DNA from: a virus
Taxonomy: Duplodnaviria > Caudoviricetes
Strand: one strand, 5' to 3'
Length of the DNA stretch: 60,496 nt
IMG/VR virus record: IMGVR_UViG_3300033146_000395
Location: 1 to 60,496 of that record
This document shows, piece by piece, positions 38,629 to 48,663 of this stretch. The first letter of the stretch is position 1. Every line of letters begins with the position of its first letter. The position numbers were made by a program, and so were the translations under genes. The notes beneath the pieces are model-generated. The model was not told the origin of the DNA. It saw nothing but the letters and a program-made list of their open reading frames with translations, and searched no databases.

Positions 38629-39191
38629 TACAATATAGCACAAATATTTTTTGTTTTCATTCTATACATCTTTTCACCATCTACAATAAATTCATATTCT
38701 GAGTCTGGTGTGAACATAACCTCGTCTCCTTCCTTTACTCCAAGTGTGGATAAATTTTTATTTGAATGAACCACAGTTCCAACAAGATCCTCGTTCTTTT
38801 GTGTCTTGTGGTATATAGACTTTTTACTTCTAGATGGTGACACAAAGCAATAGTCATCATGGGTGTACCATTTAACCATTTTTTTGTACATATAAAACTG
38901 ATCGTTATCTATAAAGAAAAGATTGTCTTTAAAAAAACTTCTTCCGCTTCTTTCTCTACCCTTCATATCATAGTAATACTTGAACACATTATGATGAACC
39001 AAAAGAATATCGCCAGCTTCTATAGGGCCTCTGTAGTTTAGCGGAGTTGATATTACAGAAGCAAATCTATTAGACACAGTGTGGTCTTCTTTAGATGTGC
39101 TTATGATCAGTTCTTTGTCGTCATAGTTTTTTACAGCATCATATCTAACATCTCCACACGGGGAAACTATAAAATAAAAAGGAGATCTCAT
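38628..39191 (-). CDS. Tandem GroES-like (two-domain co-chaperonin fold) protein
   Basis: Two GroES-like halves: FIVSP...VISTP...IEAGDILLVHH and FVSP...GTVV...GVKEGDEVMF...EFIVDGEKMYRMK. Confidence 0.55.
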   Translation of the reverse strand: MRSPFYFIVSPCGDVRYDAVKNYDDKELIISTSKEDHTVSNRFASVISTPLNYRGPIEAGDILLVHHNVFKYYYDMKGRERSGRSFFKDNLFFIDNDQFYMYKKMVKWYTHDDYCFVSPSRSKKSIYHKTQKNEDLVGTVVHSNKNLSTLGVKEGDEVMFTPDSEYEFIVDGEKMYRMKTKNICAIL

Positions 39192-39418
39192 TAGAAGTTA
39201 ATATTATATTCTAGAGATACCGGTATATTTTTATTAAACTCCTTCCAAAGTAGTATTTCTTTTTTATCAGATTCTATCCAAACCTTTATAGACTCTCTTT
39301 CTTTGTCGTGTTGTATTAGGTGGATTTTATGACTAGAGTTTAAGACTTCTTGTCCTACGATGTAATGCATGGCACTAGACTTATAGTCTGGCCCTACAGA
39401 TATTTTTCTTATATCCAT
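39191..39418 (-). CDS. conserved hypothetical phage protein
   Basis: IRKISVGPDYK..AMHYIVGQ; coupled to the next gene. Confidence 0.65.
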   Translation of the reverse strand: MDIRKISVGPDYKSSAMHYIVGQEVLNSSHKIHLIQHDKERESIKVWIESDKKEILLWKEFNKNIPVSLEYNINF

Positions 39419-39450
39419 TTTATTTAATTTTAAATATTACCAATAAGCTA

Positions 39451-39729
39451 TTATGACGGCTCTTCTGTTGGCTCCGGGTATTGTGTGGATTCTTCTAAAG
39501 ACTTCAAATAAGCAGCATAATCAGAAATTAAAGCTTCTGTCCATACACCGCTTGCATAAGGCTGTAGTTCTGCAGGCAATTCATCTCCGGGATAATAGCA
39601 GTCCCTACTAAAGCTTTCCGAAATAATATTGCCATTTTCTTTTACTACAGTTTTGTTTCTTGATTGCAGCGCCTTCCATTCGCCCACAAACTCTACTTTG
39701 TCTATTAAGTTTTCTTTTGTTAAACTCAT
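39451..39729 (-). CDS. Putative tail fibre assembly/chaperone protein
   Basis: MSLTKE..IDKVE.VG...VWT......Y pattern, directly after a fibre gene. Confidence 0.55.
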   Translation of the reverse strand: MSLTKENLIDKVEFVGEWKALQSRNKTVVKENGNIISESFSRDCYYPGDELPAELQPYASGVWTEALISDYAAYLKSLEESTQYPEPTEEPS

Positions 39730-39740
39730 TGTTTTAAATT

Positions 39741-42700
39741 TTAACTAGTTGTATAATATGTAAAAGCTCCTGTAAAATAATTATAACCACTTGGATTATT
39801 CCCTGGCCAGTCGCCCGCAAGCATACTAGATTCCCCGAAATAACTATAATAACCTGTAACATTATTTGGCCTATAAAAATAAGCAAAATTACTGTTATAT
39901 CCTTGCCTAATATCCACATGCCCATAATCATCTGGGAATCTATATAAAGTTACAGAGCTTGGTGCTGGTACATCATTGTGCGCAATCCAACTGAACATAC
40001 ACCCGCCGGATAAAGTTCCTTGAAGAGGCGTAAAGGGCAGGTTGCTCATGTACAAAAGGCTGCTAGAATTATTCCACGCATACGGGTGGGCACTAAATTG
40101 GAATTTTATAAATATAGTAACTATCCTGCCAACTTTTACATATTTACATTGGTTGCTCAAACTAGACCCAAAATTAGTTGTTGTAGCCGTATAATTTGTT
40201 GACCCTACTGTAAAAGTAATATTATAAGTACCTTCTTCGTAGTCGTCTAGTTCGTTATTAGCGTTGTTTCCTCCTATTCTAAGCGGGACGCCAAAATTAG
40301 AATAATCCTTTGTGATTTCAAGGGGCATTATGTTTGACTCTCCAGCGTTTCCTCCTAAGTAAAACTGATATTTACCAAAGTTTCCTGTGCCTTCGCTTGA
40401 CGTGTCTTCTATATAAATAAACTGAGCTTGTGTGTCAGTAATACCTATCTTCATAACCTGTGAAGCGACACTACCGGATCTGCTTATGCATACAGGCTCA
40501 GTGTTCGATGTTGTATCAAATACAGCAGTACCGTCAACATATAATGGGTGGGTCGCTGCTGATGTAATAGATTCCCCTTGCCCAACAGAAATTGAAGTAG
40601 CAACAGTTAATCTACCGTTTGTAGTTAATGACATTGCGCCTTGCGCCTGACTATGCCCATCATCTCCCCACCAAAACCCTCTGTCATTGTCGTTGTTAAA
40701 CTGGAATGTCATACCCCAGTCATTTAAGTGGCCATAAGTAATTCCGCTTTGCATTCCTATTACATAGGGCGCTCCCGTATAAACACTTATTTTATCTCTT
40801 GTGGTTAAGTTGTTTGTGTTTAAACCGCCAGTAAAATTTGAACGCACAGTTGTGCTAGCGCCTCTGCTAGTGACGCTTTGCAGCGTGTCTGTTTCAGTGT
40901 AGCTAGTTAGATATCTGCCATCGAGATCTACAGTTACAGCGCTAAGGCCGCTTCTGTTTAGTGTCAGAACTCCATTGCCTGTATTGAAAGAGGCGGACGT
41001 AACATAGTTATTTGTGTTGGTGTCAGTTGGAGTTGCCCAGCTAAACGTTCCATCTCCGTCTGATCTTAAAAATTGAGATGTTGTACCATTCCCAGTTACC
41101 TTTAATTCACTAGCACCTATAACATCTGCCGAAACATTAGTTGCTATGCTTGTTGTTCCGCTACCTGTAACGTCCCCCGTAAGGGATATAGTTTGGTTTC
41201 CGGTTAGATACCTTCCGTCTAAGTCTACTGTAAGCGAGCTAAGGCCACTTCTGTTTAAAGTTAATACTCCGTTTGAGGTATTGAAACTAATAGAACTAAC
41301 GTAATTATTCGTGTTGGTGTCAGTGGCATTTATCGTAATAGAATCATTAGTAGCGTTGGTTGTAAGAGAAACATTGCTACCTGCCACTAATGTTAAAGTA
41401 TCATTATTGCTATCCGCAACAACAGTTGACTGTCCACTTACGGCAAAGTTTTTAAATATGTTTTGGCTTGAACCTCTATCGGTGTTTGTAAACGTAATCT
41501 CATAGTTGGAGTTAATGGACGTGTCCATTCCTGTTCCACCTACAAATGTTACCGTAGTTCCATTTTCAATGTCTTCAGATCCTGTGTCAGCATCCGCGAA
41601 CCACGTTGGAGTGCTTAATCCTATTGTCTTTGTGTTTACCGCTGTTACATGCCCCGTGGAGTTTGTGGTTATTGAATCTATAGCAGTGAAGCTAGAGCCA
41701 AAGTTTGGGGTAATAGATGAAGTGGTATTGTTCCTAGCTGTAGTGTCGTGAGTTATTACTAAAGTAGGGCCAGATGTTGTGCTTGTTGTTATGTATGTGC
41801 TTCCTGCAAAATCTACAGTATTTCCACTATTTACAGTATAAGGCGTTCCTTGGTCTCCATCAACGCTCCAAGTATAAGTTCCCGGTATTGTGGAAATTTC
41901 AGCCCACTTATTTGTTTTGGTTAAATATCTTTCGTTTGCTCCAGACGTACCGTCCACCGCACTAAGATCGGCTGTAACTGTTACCGCACCATCGGTGGGA
42001 GAGTTTGGTGTAAGGTTTATATAAGTACCGTCTGTAGTTGTAACGGTCTCTACTACATTTGATGGTACTGCATCTGTTTCAATAATTTTACCCGAAGAAG
42101 TAATGCTTAAGTTTTTAAAAGCAGTTCCAGTAAAAGTTCCAGAACCATATTCGTCAAAGTACACGCTTCCATCTGCCCTCATTGTACTTAAAATAGTAGT
42201 TCCATCTAAACCTCCCCAAAACTGCAAAGCTCCCGTGGTGTCGCTACCATCTCTTCTTGCATATATCCTAGCAGCCGTGTTTGAAGCTGTTCCAGAGTCG
42301 GTTAATGAAAAAATTATCCCCCCACCAAATCCATTTTGTATAGTTCCACTTGAATTAGTTCTGAGATGAAATCCCGAAGCTATGCCATTTGTTGATGTCA
42401 AAGTTCCATTTCCTGTTATGCTTGTTTCTCTTTGCAGAAAGTAAACAGGGAATGATGAGCTAGTGCTTCTTATTTGACCATCCACATCTAGCTTATAGTC
42501 AGGTTGATTTGTTCCTACACCAACATTAGTTCCGTTATCAAATATTTGAGAATTACCAAGGGTACTGCCATCAGGAGTCCACTTAACTACATAGTTAGTT
42601 GTTCCAGAGCCTTCAATAAGACTCGTTTCTATTACATTACCAGAAGCGTCAACACCAAGATTATGTGTTGCTGTGCCACTAATAGACCCACTCCCATAGG

Positions 42701-42755
42701 ATGTCAACTGTAAAGACCCCTCTAATAATCCGCTATTTAAAAACTTAATCGGCAT
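39741..42755 (-). CDS. Tail fibre / receptor-binding protein
   Basis: 1004 aa T/S/G/N-rich; NVGVGT..P.YKLDV.G, VDLDGRY repeats, NELDDYEEGT, YVKVGRIVT C-terminal domain. Confidence 0.8.
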   Translation of the reverse strand: MPIKFLNSGLLEGSLQLTSYGSGSISGTATHNLGVDASGNVIETSLIEGSGTTNYVVKWTPDGSTLGNSQIFDNGTNVGVGTNQPDYKLDVDGQIRSTSSSFPVYFLQRETSITGNGTLTSTNGIASGFHLRTNSSGTIQNGFGGGIIFSLTDSGTASNTAARIYARRDGSDTTGALQFWGGLDGTTILSTMRADGSVYFDEYGSGTFTGTAFKNLSITSSGKIIETDAVPSNVVETVTTTDGTYINLTPNSPTDGAVTVTADLSAVDGTSGANERYLTKTNKWAEISTIPGTYTWSVDGDQGTPYTVNSGNTVDFAGSTYITTSTTSGPTLVITHDTTARNNTTSSITPNFGSSFTAIDSITTNSTGHVTAVNTKTIGLSTPTWFADADTGSEDIENGTTVTFVGGTGMDTSINSNYEITFTNTDRGSSQNIFKNFAVSGQSTVVADSNNDTLTLVAGSNVSLTTNATNDSITINATDTNTNNYVSSISFNTSNGVLTLNRSGLSSLTVDLDGRYLTGNQTISLTGDVTGSGTTSIATNVSADVIGASELKVTGNGTTSQFLRSDGDGTFSWATPTDTNTNNYVTSASFNTGNGVLTLNRSGLSAVTVDLDGRYLTSYTETDTLQSVTSRGASTTVRSNFTGGLNTNNLTTRDKISVYTGAPYVIGMQSGITYGHLNDWGMTFQFNNDNDRGFWWGDDGHSQAQGAMSLTTNGRLTVATSISVGQGESITSAATHPLYVDGTAVFDTTSNTEPVCISRSGSVASQVMKIGITDTQAQFIYIEDTSSEGTGNFGKYQFYLGGNAGESNIMPLEITKDYSNFGVPLRIGGNNANNELDDYEEGTYNITFTVGSTNYTATTTNFGSSLSNQCKYVKVGRIVTIFIKFQFSAHPYAWNNSSSLLYMSNLPFTPLQGTLSGGCMFSWIAHNDVPAPSSVTLYRFPDDYGHVDIRQGYNSNFAYFYRPNNVTGYYSYFGESSMLAGDWPGNNPSGYNYFTGAFTYYTTS
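40905..41324 (-). repeat. Two copies of a 41-codon repeat in the tail fibre (41202-41324 and 40905-41027)
   Basis: TDTNTNNYV.S.SFNT.NGVLTLNRSGLS..TVDLDGRYLT twice. Confidence 0.9.
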
Positions 42756-42760
42756 TTACG

Positions 42761-45700
42761 TTAATTTACATTGTTTATTAAAACTCTTATTCCATTTAAA
42801 ACCGGTGCGTTTGTGAACGATATCGTTACATTGCCACCAGATCCTCTAGTAACTAAAGGATAAACCGTATCTCCTGTACTCACCTCTACACACTGAACCA
42901 TAAATCCATCAGAGCTAGTTCCTAGTCCGTGGTTTTTATTTGGGGTAGTAGCCCCAGTGTTTTGCAACACATAACTTGTTGTGCTACCATCCCCTATAAC
43001 AACAGACGTGGACTTATTGTTTGCGTCTCTAATTATAGTAGCTAGATCAACGAGCTCAATCTTATTGTTTGTTCCAGCTCCGTTTTCAAATATAGCAATT
43101 GTACTGTCAGTATCTGCAGTTGTGATTTTAGGCAATGCATCTATATCTAAACCAATTGCTGCCGTTCCCGATGTATATGTAACATCAAGACCTCTTTTAT
43201 CTGAAGCCGTATCTTTATTTACATTACCTATTCCTACCTGAGTAAGGGAGGCAAGGTCAATATTGTTTTGAACAGTAGTCCAATCTCCTAGTGCAGTTGG
43301 CGCATCCACCTCTGCAATCAAAACATCGCCAACTCGAACTTGCTCACCAAAGAAAGTTCCATCAGTCGTCACTGTATATGTCCACCCTTTTTGTATAATG
43401 TTTGGGTTTGGAGGGGTTTGCAGTCCGTAATTACCTGGAGACGTTAAGTCTGTAACTGGATTATATCCTCCTTGATAAACTAAAGCCCCAGACACAGAGT
43501 TGTCTATGTATGTTTTAACTAATGTTAGGGCATCAACAGGAATAGTTCCAAGAGTCGTTTTCTTTACAGTCGAATCAGTAGTGTCAGAGAAATTAATTAT
43601 GTCTGTGTCGTCTGCTACTGCAGTTCCAGGGACTAATATATAGTTGTTTGATCCAGCGTAGTCGATGTTCACAGTTGGATTAACTGTAGGCACTCCTGTT
43701 ATTGTTATTCCGTCTCCACCGCTTACGCTAGTTACCGTACCTACAAACTGATCTGTAGAGTTCACTGTAAGCTGATTAGTTCCAGCGTCGTATGAAGTCG
43801 TTACGTTTGTTCCTCCAACCCAAGTAATAGTTTCTCCAGAAGCTACTGTTTCACTGCCTGAATCTGCAGCTACAGTCCAACTATAGTTTTCAGCAGAAGG
43901 CATTGTAACCGTCTTGGTGTTTATGCCTGTGACGTGTCCCGTGCTATTAATCGTTAAAGAATCTATAGCTGTAAACGTTCCGCCATATCCAGGGGAATCT
44001 GTAGATGTTGTTGGTGTTGTTGTTGTTAAATCGTGGTTTAGAGTAACATCAGTAGCAGTTCCACTATTGTTTAAATAAAGTCCAGGGGTTACAGTTTCAA
44101 CAGCAGTGTCTGTTTCGATTATATTACCGTTTGAATCAACAGATAAATTTTTAGTTGGAGTTCCTGTAAACGCACCAGATCCATACTCTTCAAATTGAAT
44201 GTCCCCATCAGCTTTAAATCTAGCTGGAAATTTGCCCGTGCCATTACTATCTCTAGTTGATATAACTACTTGCCCTCCATTCGTTTGGTTTGATAATACT
44301 AAACTATTGGCTCCAGCTGCGTTAAGGCTGTTTGGGCCATGAAATAAAATATCACCTCTGTTTGAAGTGTTAGTGCTTGTTTCTGCGGTGCGAAGCGTGA
44401 GAACTGCAGCCTGAAAATTACCACCTGTGGACTGATAACTCTCTACAGTTGCCACTGGATTGCCATCACTTCTTACGTGAAGCTCAGAATAAGGTGCATT
44501 AACTCCGATACCAACATTTCCATCAATAAAAAGATCAGAAGCTGAAACGTCTTGAGAAACAATTGAATCTCCAAGAACTCCATTAGGGCCATCTGTCCAT
44601 AGTGGTAAAGTGTTTGTTGTTCCTGTTCCTGTAGAAGCTAAAGCTGTTTCTATAACAATTCCTCCTGAATCAACAGATAAGTTTTTCACAGGAGTTCCTG
44701 TATGTGCGGATGGGTTCTGACCATACTCAACAAATCTTATTGACTTTCCTATCGCTGTCTGATTTATAGATGTAGTGGTTGCGCTTGTGCCTATAGCAAC
44801 AGAGCTATTGTGTGAAGACACAGCTGATTGTCCTATTGCAAAAGAACCTTGAGCGCTCGCCTGTGTTAAATCTCCTATAGCAAAAGCAAAGTCTGCGCTA
44901 GCTTCAGAGTTAGTACCTATAGCAAATGAACCTCTACCTTGAGCATCAGCCGTCTCTCCTAAAGCAACAGAATAAAGTCCTGATGCAGAAGAAGCCGCTC
45001 CTAGCGCAACAGACCCTGTGTTGCTAGCCGTTGAGCTACCACTAGCAAAAGAATAGTTTCCTGTAGCAGCAGCAGATGAGTTTCCAAAGCTAGCTGACTT
45101 CAATAAATCATTTACAGTTGCCGTAGTAGACTGAGCGGTGTTTGTGGAAGTTCCTACAAAAATTTTGTGTTGATCTAAATTAGGAACGTCGTTTGTTCTA
45201 AGTATAGAGGACACCACAAAGTTTCCATCGTTAGAAGTGCTAACCCTACCTACCTTACCCATGTTTTGAATAAGGTGTGGTGTGATTGGTTTAGTTGTGG
45301 TTAAAGCCGATCCAGAAGAGCCAGATGGTTTTACATATATGACATCATTTTCAGATGGTGTAAGCCCATCTATAGGTGAAGTAACTAGGTTTCTTAGCTT
45401 ACCGGTAATTACTGCTTTACCCTCTTCATTGTTTGCAAGATCTTGTTTTAACAATCCTAATGCAGGCATCTTGTTTGGGTCTGACGCATCAGCTAATTGT
45501 ACTTCTAACTTTCCAGATGCGCCAACAGAACCGGATATATAAACAGGATCTCCTTTAACAAGAGGGCCTCCAGATACGTTTTTAACGTTTGCCTCAACTA
45601 CCTCAGCACCACCAACAGATATATCCGCTAAGTTCACATAAGATAATTGGCTTTGAGAATTTGAAACTAAGATGTCGTCTTCAACACCTAGAGTAGCGGT

Positions 45701-46678
45701 ATTGTCTTTTACCTTCCCTTGAAGCACCAGTGTTGCATCCATCTCAACTTCATGTTGATCTCCAAGACCTATCGTCAAGGTGCTGTTAACAGGATCCTGA
45801 ACCATGGTTACTGGAGCTGCATCACCAAGAGTTTTGGCAGATGTCCACATGGCAATATTATTCTGCGTACCAGCCCCATCTACAGATGAGTTGTCTATCT
45901 TGTCCCAAAATACATTACCAGCGTCATCTTCAGATATAAGAGCCCAATCTCCGGGTTGCCAATCAGTAATTGTGCCCCCTCCTGATGTAGTAAGAGGCGT
46001 GCTACCAGCAACAGATACAACCCAATACTTGCCTGTGTTCCCTGGTATTAGTGGATAATTTTGCAGATCAGGACTGTTTGTGTCAGCGTTCCATGCCGAT
46101 TGAAACTCAAGTCCAGATCCTTGAAAGTTTTGCCACGTTACATTACCTAGGCCATCTGAAACTAAGACTTGTTCGTTGTTACCTAGATCATCGTTGGCGT
46201 CATATATAGGCCCTAACAAGTGTAGCTCGGATGTTGCAGCTAAAGTTGTTATCGCATTAAATATAGCGTCACCATTAAAAGTAGATAAACCTTCAACAGT
46301 GAGTGTATCAGCAACAGTTAAGTCATCGCCGACAGCCACATCCTGAGCCACAACTAAATTACCTATACCATTGCCATCATCTATAGTGATAGTAGTCCCT
46401 TGTAACACATCTCCTGAGAGCTGCGCTACATCTTGAGATATTATAGAGCTAACTAATTTTTTTGACTTTACCCCAGCTATAGACGCTGTAAACACTGGAA
46501 GTCTGAATGATACCCCATCAAAAGCTTGATCAATAACAAAATTAGCAATGCCAGACATTAGGAATGTCTTTGTTTGTTTCTCTATGGGGTTAGAGTTGGC
46601 TGCTGTCCCTATCAAATAATCAGCCCCCTCGATTGGGGACTGATTAGGATAGGCTTGTTTGTTACTTATCTTAGACAT
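42761..46678 (-). CDS. Long tail fibre protein with YadA-head-like repeats
   Basis: 1305 aa; repeats such as ASGLYSVALG / AQGRGSFAIG / ASADFAFAIG (~44760-45090); GDPVYISG..ADAS..MPALGL module; YQGGYN..GWTYTVT module. Confidence 0.8.
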   Translation of the reverse strand: MSKISNKQAYPNQSPIEGADYLIGTAANSNPIEKQTKTFLMSGIANFVIDQAFDGVSFRLPVFTASIAGVKSKKLVSSIISQDVAQLSGDVLQGTTITIDDGNGIGNLVVAQDVAVGDDLTVADTLTVEGLSTFNGDAIFNAITTLAATSELHLLGPIYDANDDLGNNEQVLVSDGLGNVTWQNFQGSGLEFQSAWNADTNSPDLQNYPLIPGNTGKYWVVSVAGSTPLTTSGGGTITDWQPGDWALISEDDAGNVFWDKIDNSSVDGAGTQNNIAMWTSAKTLGDAAPVTMVQDPVNSTLTIGLGDQHEVEMDATLVLQGKVKDNTATLGVEDDILVSNSQSQLSYVNLADISVGGAEVVEANVKNVSGGPLVKGDPVYISGSVGASGKLEVQLADASDPNKMPALGLLKQDLANNEEGKAVITGKLRNLVTSPIDGLTPSENDVIYVKPSGSSGSALTTTKPITPHLIQNMGKVGRVSTSNDGNFVVSSILRTNDVPNLDQHKIFVGTSTNTAQSTTATVNDLLKSASFGNSSAAATGNYSFASGSSTASNTGSVALGAASSASGLYSVALGETADAQGRGSFAIGTNSEASADFAFAIGDLTQASAQGSFAIGQSAVSSHNSSVAIGTSATTTSINQTAIGKSIRFVEYGQNPSAHTGTPVKNLSVDSGGIVIETALASTGTGTTNTLPLWTDGPNGVLGDSIVSQDVSASDLFIDGNVGIGVNAPYSELHVRSDGNPVATVESYQSTGGNFQAAVLTLRTAETSTNTSNRGDILFHGPNSLNAAGANSLVLSNQTNGGQVVISTRDSNGTGKFPARFKADGDIQFEEYGSGAFTGTPTKNLSVDSNGNIIETDTAVETVTPGLYLNNSGTATDVTLNHDLTTTTPTTSTDSPGYGGTFTAIDSLTINSTGHVTGINTKTVTMPSAENYSWTVAADSGSETVASGETITWVGGTNVTTSYDAGTNQLTVNSTDQFVGTVTSVSGGDGITITGVPTVNPTVNIDYAGSNNYILVPGTAVADDTDIINFSDTTDSTVKKTTLGTIPVDALTLVKTYIDNSVSGALVYQGGYNPVTDLTSPGNYGLQTPPNPNIIQKGWTYTVTTDGTFFGEQVRVGDVLIAEVDAPTALGDWTTVQNNIDLASLTQVGIGNVNKDTASDKRGLDVTYTSGTAAIGLDIDALPKITTADTDSTIAIFENGAGTNNKIELVDLATIIRDANNKSTSVVIGDGSTTSYVLQNTGATTPNKNHGLGTSSDGFMVQCVEVSTGDTVYPLVTRGSGGNVTISFTNAPVLNGIRVLINNVN

Positions 46679-46682
46679 CTAT

Positions 46683-46943
46683 TTAATCTTCTTTTTCTTT
46701 TTCTGAAGATTCTTCTGCTTTCTTTTCAGTAATCTCTCCTGTTTCTAGATTAATAACAGAATTTTCTCCATATTTCTTAATCAACTTTTCCTCTTCTTCA
46801 GCAAACTTTTGCTTTAGAATACCGATGTTTGAGATTATAATAGATTTCTGTAGTTCCAAATCTCCTAGGTTAACCTTTCCTTTGTTAAATTCAGAGATTA
46901 ATGATTGAAGAGTTTCCATCTCTTCGTTAGTAATTTTAGACAT
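46683..46943 (-). CDS. Coiled-coil protein upstream of fibres (possible fibre chaperone)
   Basis: KYGENSVINLETGEI motif; coiled coil. Confidence 0.6.
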   Translation of the reverse strand: MSKITNEEMETLQSLISEFNKGKVNLGDLELQKSIIISNIGILKQKFAEEEEKLIKKYGENSVINLETGEITEKKAEESSEKEKED

Positions 46944-46968
46944 TGTAAATTGATTTTAATTAGTGATA

Positions 46969-46976
46969 CAAAGATA
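46969..46976 (-). promoter_or_regulatory. Late-type -7 element TATCTTTG(TA)
   Basis: CAAAGATA upstream of 46943. Confidence 0.65.
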
Positions 46977-46985
46977 AGAATAAAT

Positions 46986-47120
46986 TTATCTTCTTTTCTT
47001 TCCTTGACCTCTTCTAGGTTTCTTATATCCGTTCTGAGATTTAGATGAGTTTTTTGAGTGTACGCCCTTTCTTCGAGTCTTTGGTTTTTCTATATATGAT
47101 TTAATTATCAGTCGAGCCAT
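46986..47120 (-). CDS. Small very basic protein (44 aa, not in ORF track)
   Basis: MARLIIKSYIEKPKTRRKGVHSKNSSKSQNGYKKPRRGQGKKRR; ends in the RGQG motif common in small phage proteins. Confidence 0.65.
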   Translation of the reverse strand: MARLIIKSYIEKPKTRRKGVHSKNSSKSQNGYKKPRRGQGKKRR

Positions 47121-47502
47121 TCTTTTTGTTTTTCTCCCATGTACGGCCCACGAAGTATGCACCATACACAGTTATTAATAATGATTGAAATATTGGTATG
47201 TAATCTTTTTGAACCTTAAATCCACCAACGTTTCCATCGGTAAAAGCTAGTAGCGTAAACATAGCTGTAAGAAACACCATTACAAGCGGGCGTATATTCT
47301 TGGACAAAAAACTGTCGCTCTGCATATCATACTTCCACCTTTCTGTAACCTGAGACTGAGCATCGTTATCAGCTTTTTCTAGCAATTGCTGTATCTTATG
47401 CTTTGCCTCAAGACGCTCCTCTTCAGTTGTGGTTACACTGTCGATCACACCTCCAATATCTTTTATCAGCCCTCCTGTTATAAGTTGTATTAATTTTTTC
47501 AT
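47101..47502 (-). CDS. Holin (3TM / GTA-holin-like)
   Basis: RWKYDMQSDSFLSKNIRPL, two TM helices, GAYFVGRTWEK; follows the endolysin. Confidence 0.75.
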   Translation of the reverse strand: MKKLIQLITGGLIKDIGGVIDSVTTTEEERLEAKHKIQQLLEKADNDAQSQVTERWKYDMQSDSFLSKNIRPLVMVFLTAMFTLLAFTDGNVGGFKVQKDYIPIFQSLLITVYGAYFVGRTWEKNKKNGSTDN

Positions 47503-47572
47503 TTGTATTTTTTAAACATTAATTTATACAAAAGGCTATTCCAAGTTGACTGTAATTTATCTATAAACTTTT

Positions 47573-48034
47573 TCATATAACTCTGTATTGTGTTTTGCCA
47601 TCAATCCTTTCAGCTCTCAAACACCTTCCTCTATTCCTGTCTGGAGAAACATAAGATACATGCACCCAGTCAGGGTTATTGTCATCGCCAAACTCCCATA
47701 TCATTTGATCAAAGTCTAAGTGTTTTTTTATGTACTGAAACATCTCAGCATTGGTCTTGTGTCCATAGCTATCGTCAATATCAATAGCTCTACCCTGACA
47801 ATGTTGACTGGATTCACTTCCACCAATAGCTTTGTTTAGGTCTGGAACTCTCAGAAAAGAATTTATTTTTATAGGCCCTCTAACCCATTTTCTAAGCGGC
47901 TCAAAGATATTCTCCGCTATCACTTGCATGTTTGTAAATTGATATTGATCTGGAGTATTGTCAATACCCAATCTAAGGGCAGTTACAGAACGAGTGCCCT
48001 CCTTGTAGCTAATGTGTTCGCTTATTCTCTCCAT
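47573..48034 (-). CDS. Endolysin, peptidase M15A family
   Basis: INSFLR...LNKAIGGS..SQH..GRAIDI and WVHVSY zinc-peptidase motifs. Confidence 0.9.
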   Translation of the reverse strand: MERISEHISYKEGTRSVTALRLGIDNTPDQYQFTNMQVIAENIFEPLRKWVRGPIKINSFLRVPDLNKAIGGSESSQHCQGRAIDIDDSYGHKTNAEMFQYIKKHLDFDQMIWEFGDDNNPDWVHVSYVSPDRNRGRCLRAERIDGKTQYRVI

Positions 48035-48072
48035 TTAGCAGCATCCGCAAAAATTACAAAAATCACACATAA

Positions 48073-48393
48073 CTATAATTTATCTATTACTTGTTGTATT
48101 TCGTTAAGATCAACATCTAGTTTAAAACTAAGATCTGCTGACCATTGACGAACAGGTTTATTTTTGTGGTAAACAACAACAAGGGGTACTGTTTGTACTT
48201 GCCTTCTGAAGTTGTCGTTTTGATCTTCAAGCCAAGCGAATTGAACTTCACAACCTATCAATCCATTAAGATCTATATTGTGCTGCTTGTTCCATTGAGC
48301 ATTCACTTGCAGAACTGTAATATCACTTTTGATTACCTCACCCAGAGAGGATGGTGTAAATAACAAAAACAATAAAACAATTAAAAGTCTCAT
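48073..48393 (-). CDS. Signal-peptide-bearing thioredoxin-like protein without CxxC
   Basis: Hydrophobic N-terminus; VLQVNAQWN at the usual WCxxC position; VQTVPLVVVY cis-Pro loop. Confidence 0.5.
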   Translation of the reverse strand: MRLLIVLLFLLFTPSSLGEVIKSDITVLQVNAQWNKQHNIDLNGLIGCEVQFAWLEDQNDNFRRQVQTVPLVVVYHKNKPVRQWSADLSFKLDVDLNEIQQVIDKL

Positions 48394-48662
48394 CTCAATT
48401 CATATAATCTCTGCTCAATAATCTCTAGTTTCTCAAAGTTTTTCTCTATCAATTCTCTGTTGTTCATGATCTCACTACGAATAGCTTGATCCTTTATGTC
48501 ATACTCTTGTCTAGAGATAACAGGTTCTGGCTTTTCCATAGCTTCTTTTATCTGCGCTTTTAAACTAAAGTAAAACGCTGTTGCTGTACTGATAGCTACG
48601 GCAAGAGACACAATAGTCTCTATACTCATACTAAACTTGGTCTCTTTAGATATTTCAGACAT
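48390..48662 (-). CDS. Single-TM coiled-coil membrane protein
   Basis: N-terminal TM segment then coiled coil; in the lysis region. Confidence 0.55.
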   Translation of the reverse strand: MSEISKETKFSMSIETIVSLAVAISTATAFYFSLKAQIKEAMEKPEPVISRQEYDIKDQAIRSEIMNNRELIEKNFEKLEIIEQRLYELR

Positions 48663-48663
48663 A

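Noticed and set aside
40905-41324. Fibre repeat pair as a diversity-generating retroelement TR/VR
   Set aside because: Both copies are in frame inside one gene, differences are mostly synonymous and not adenine-specific, and no reverse transcriptase is present.
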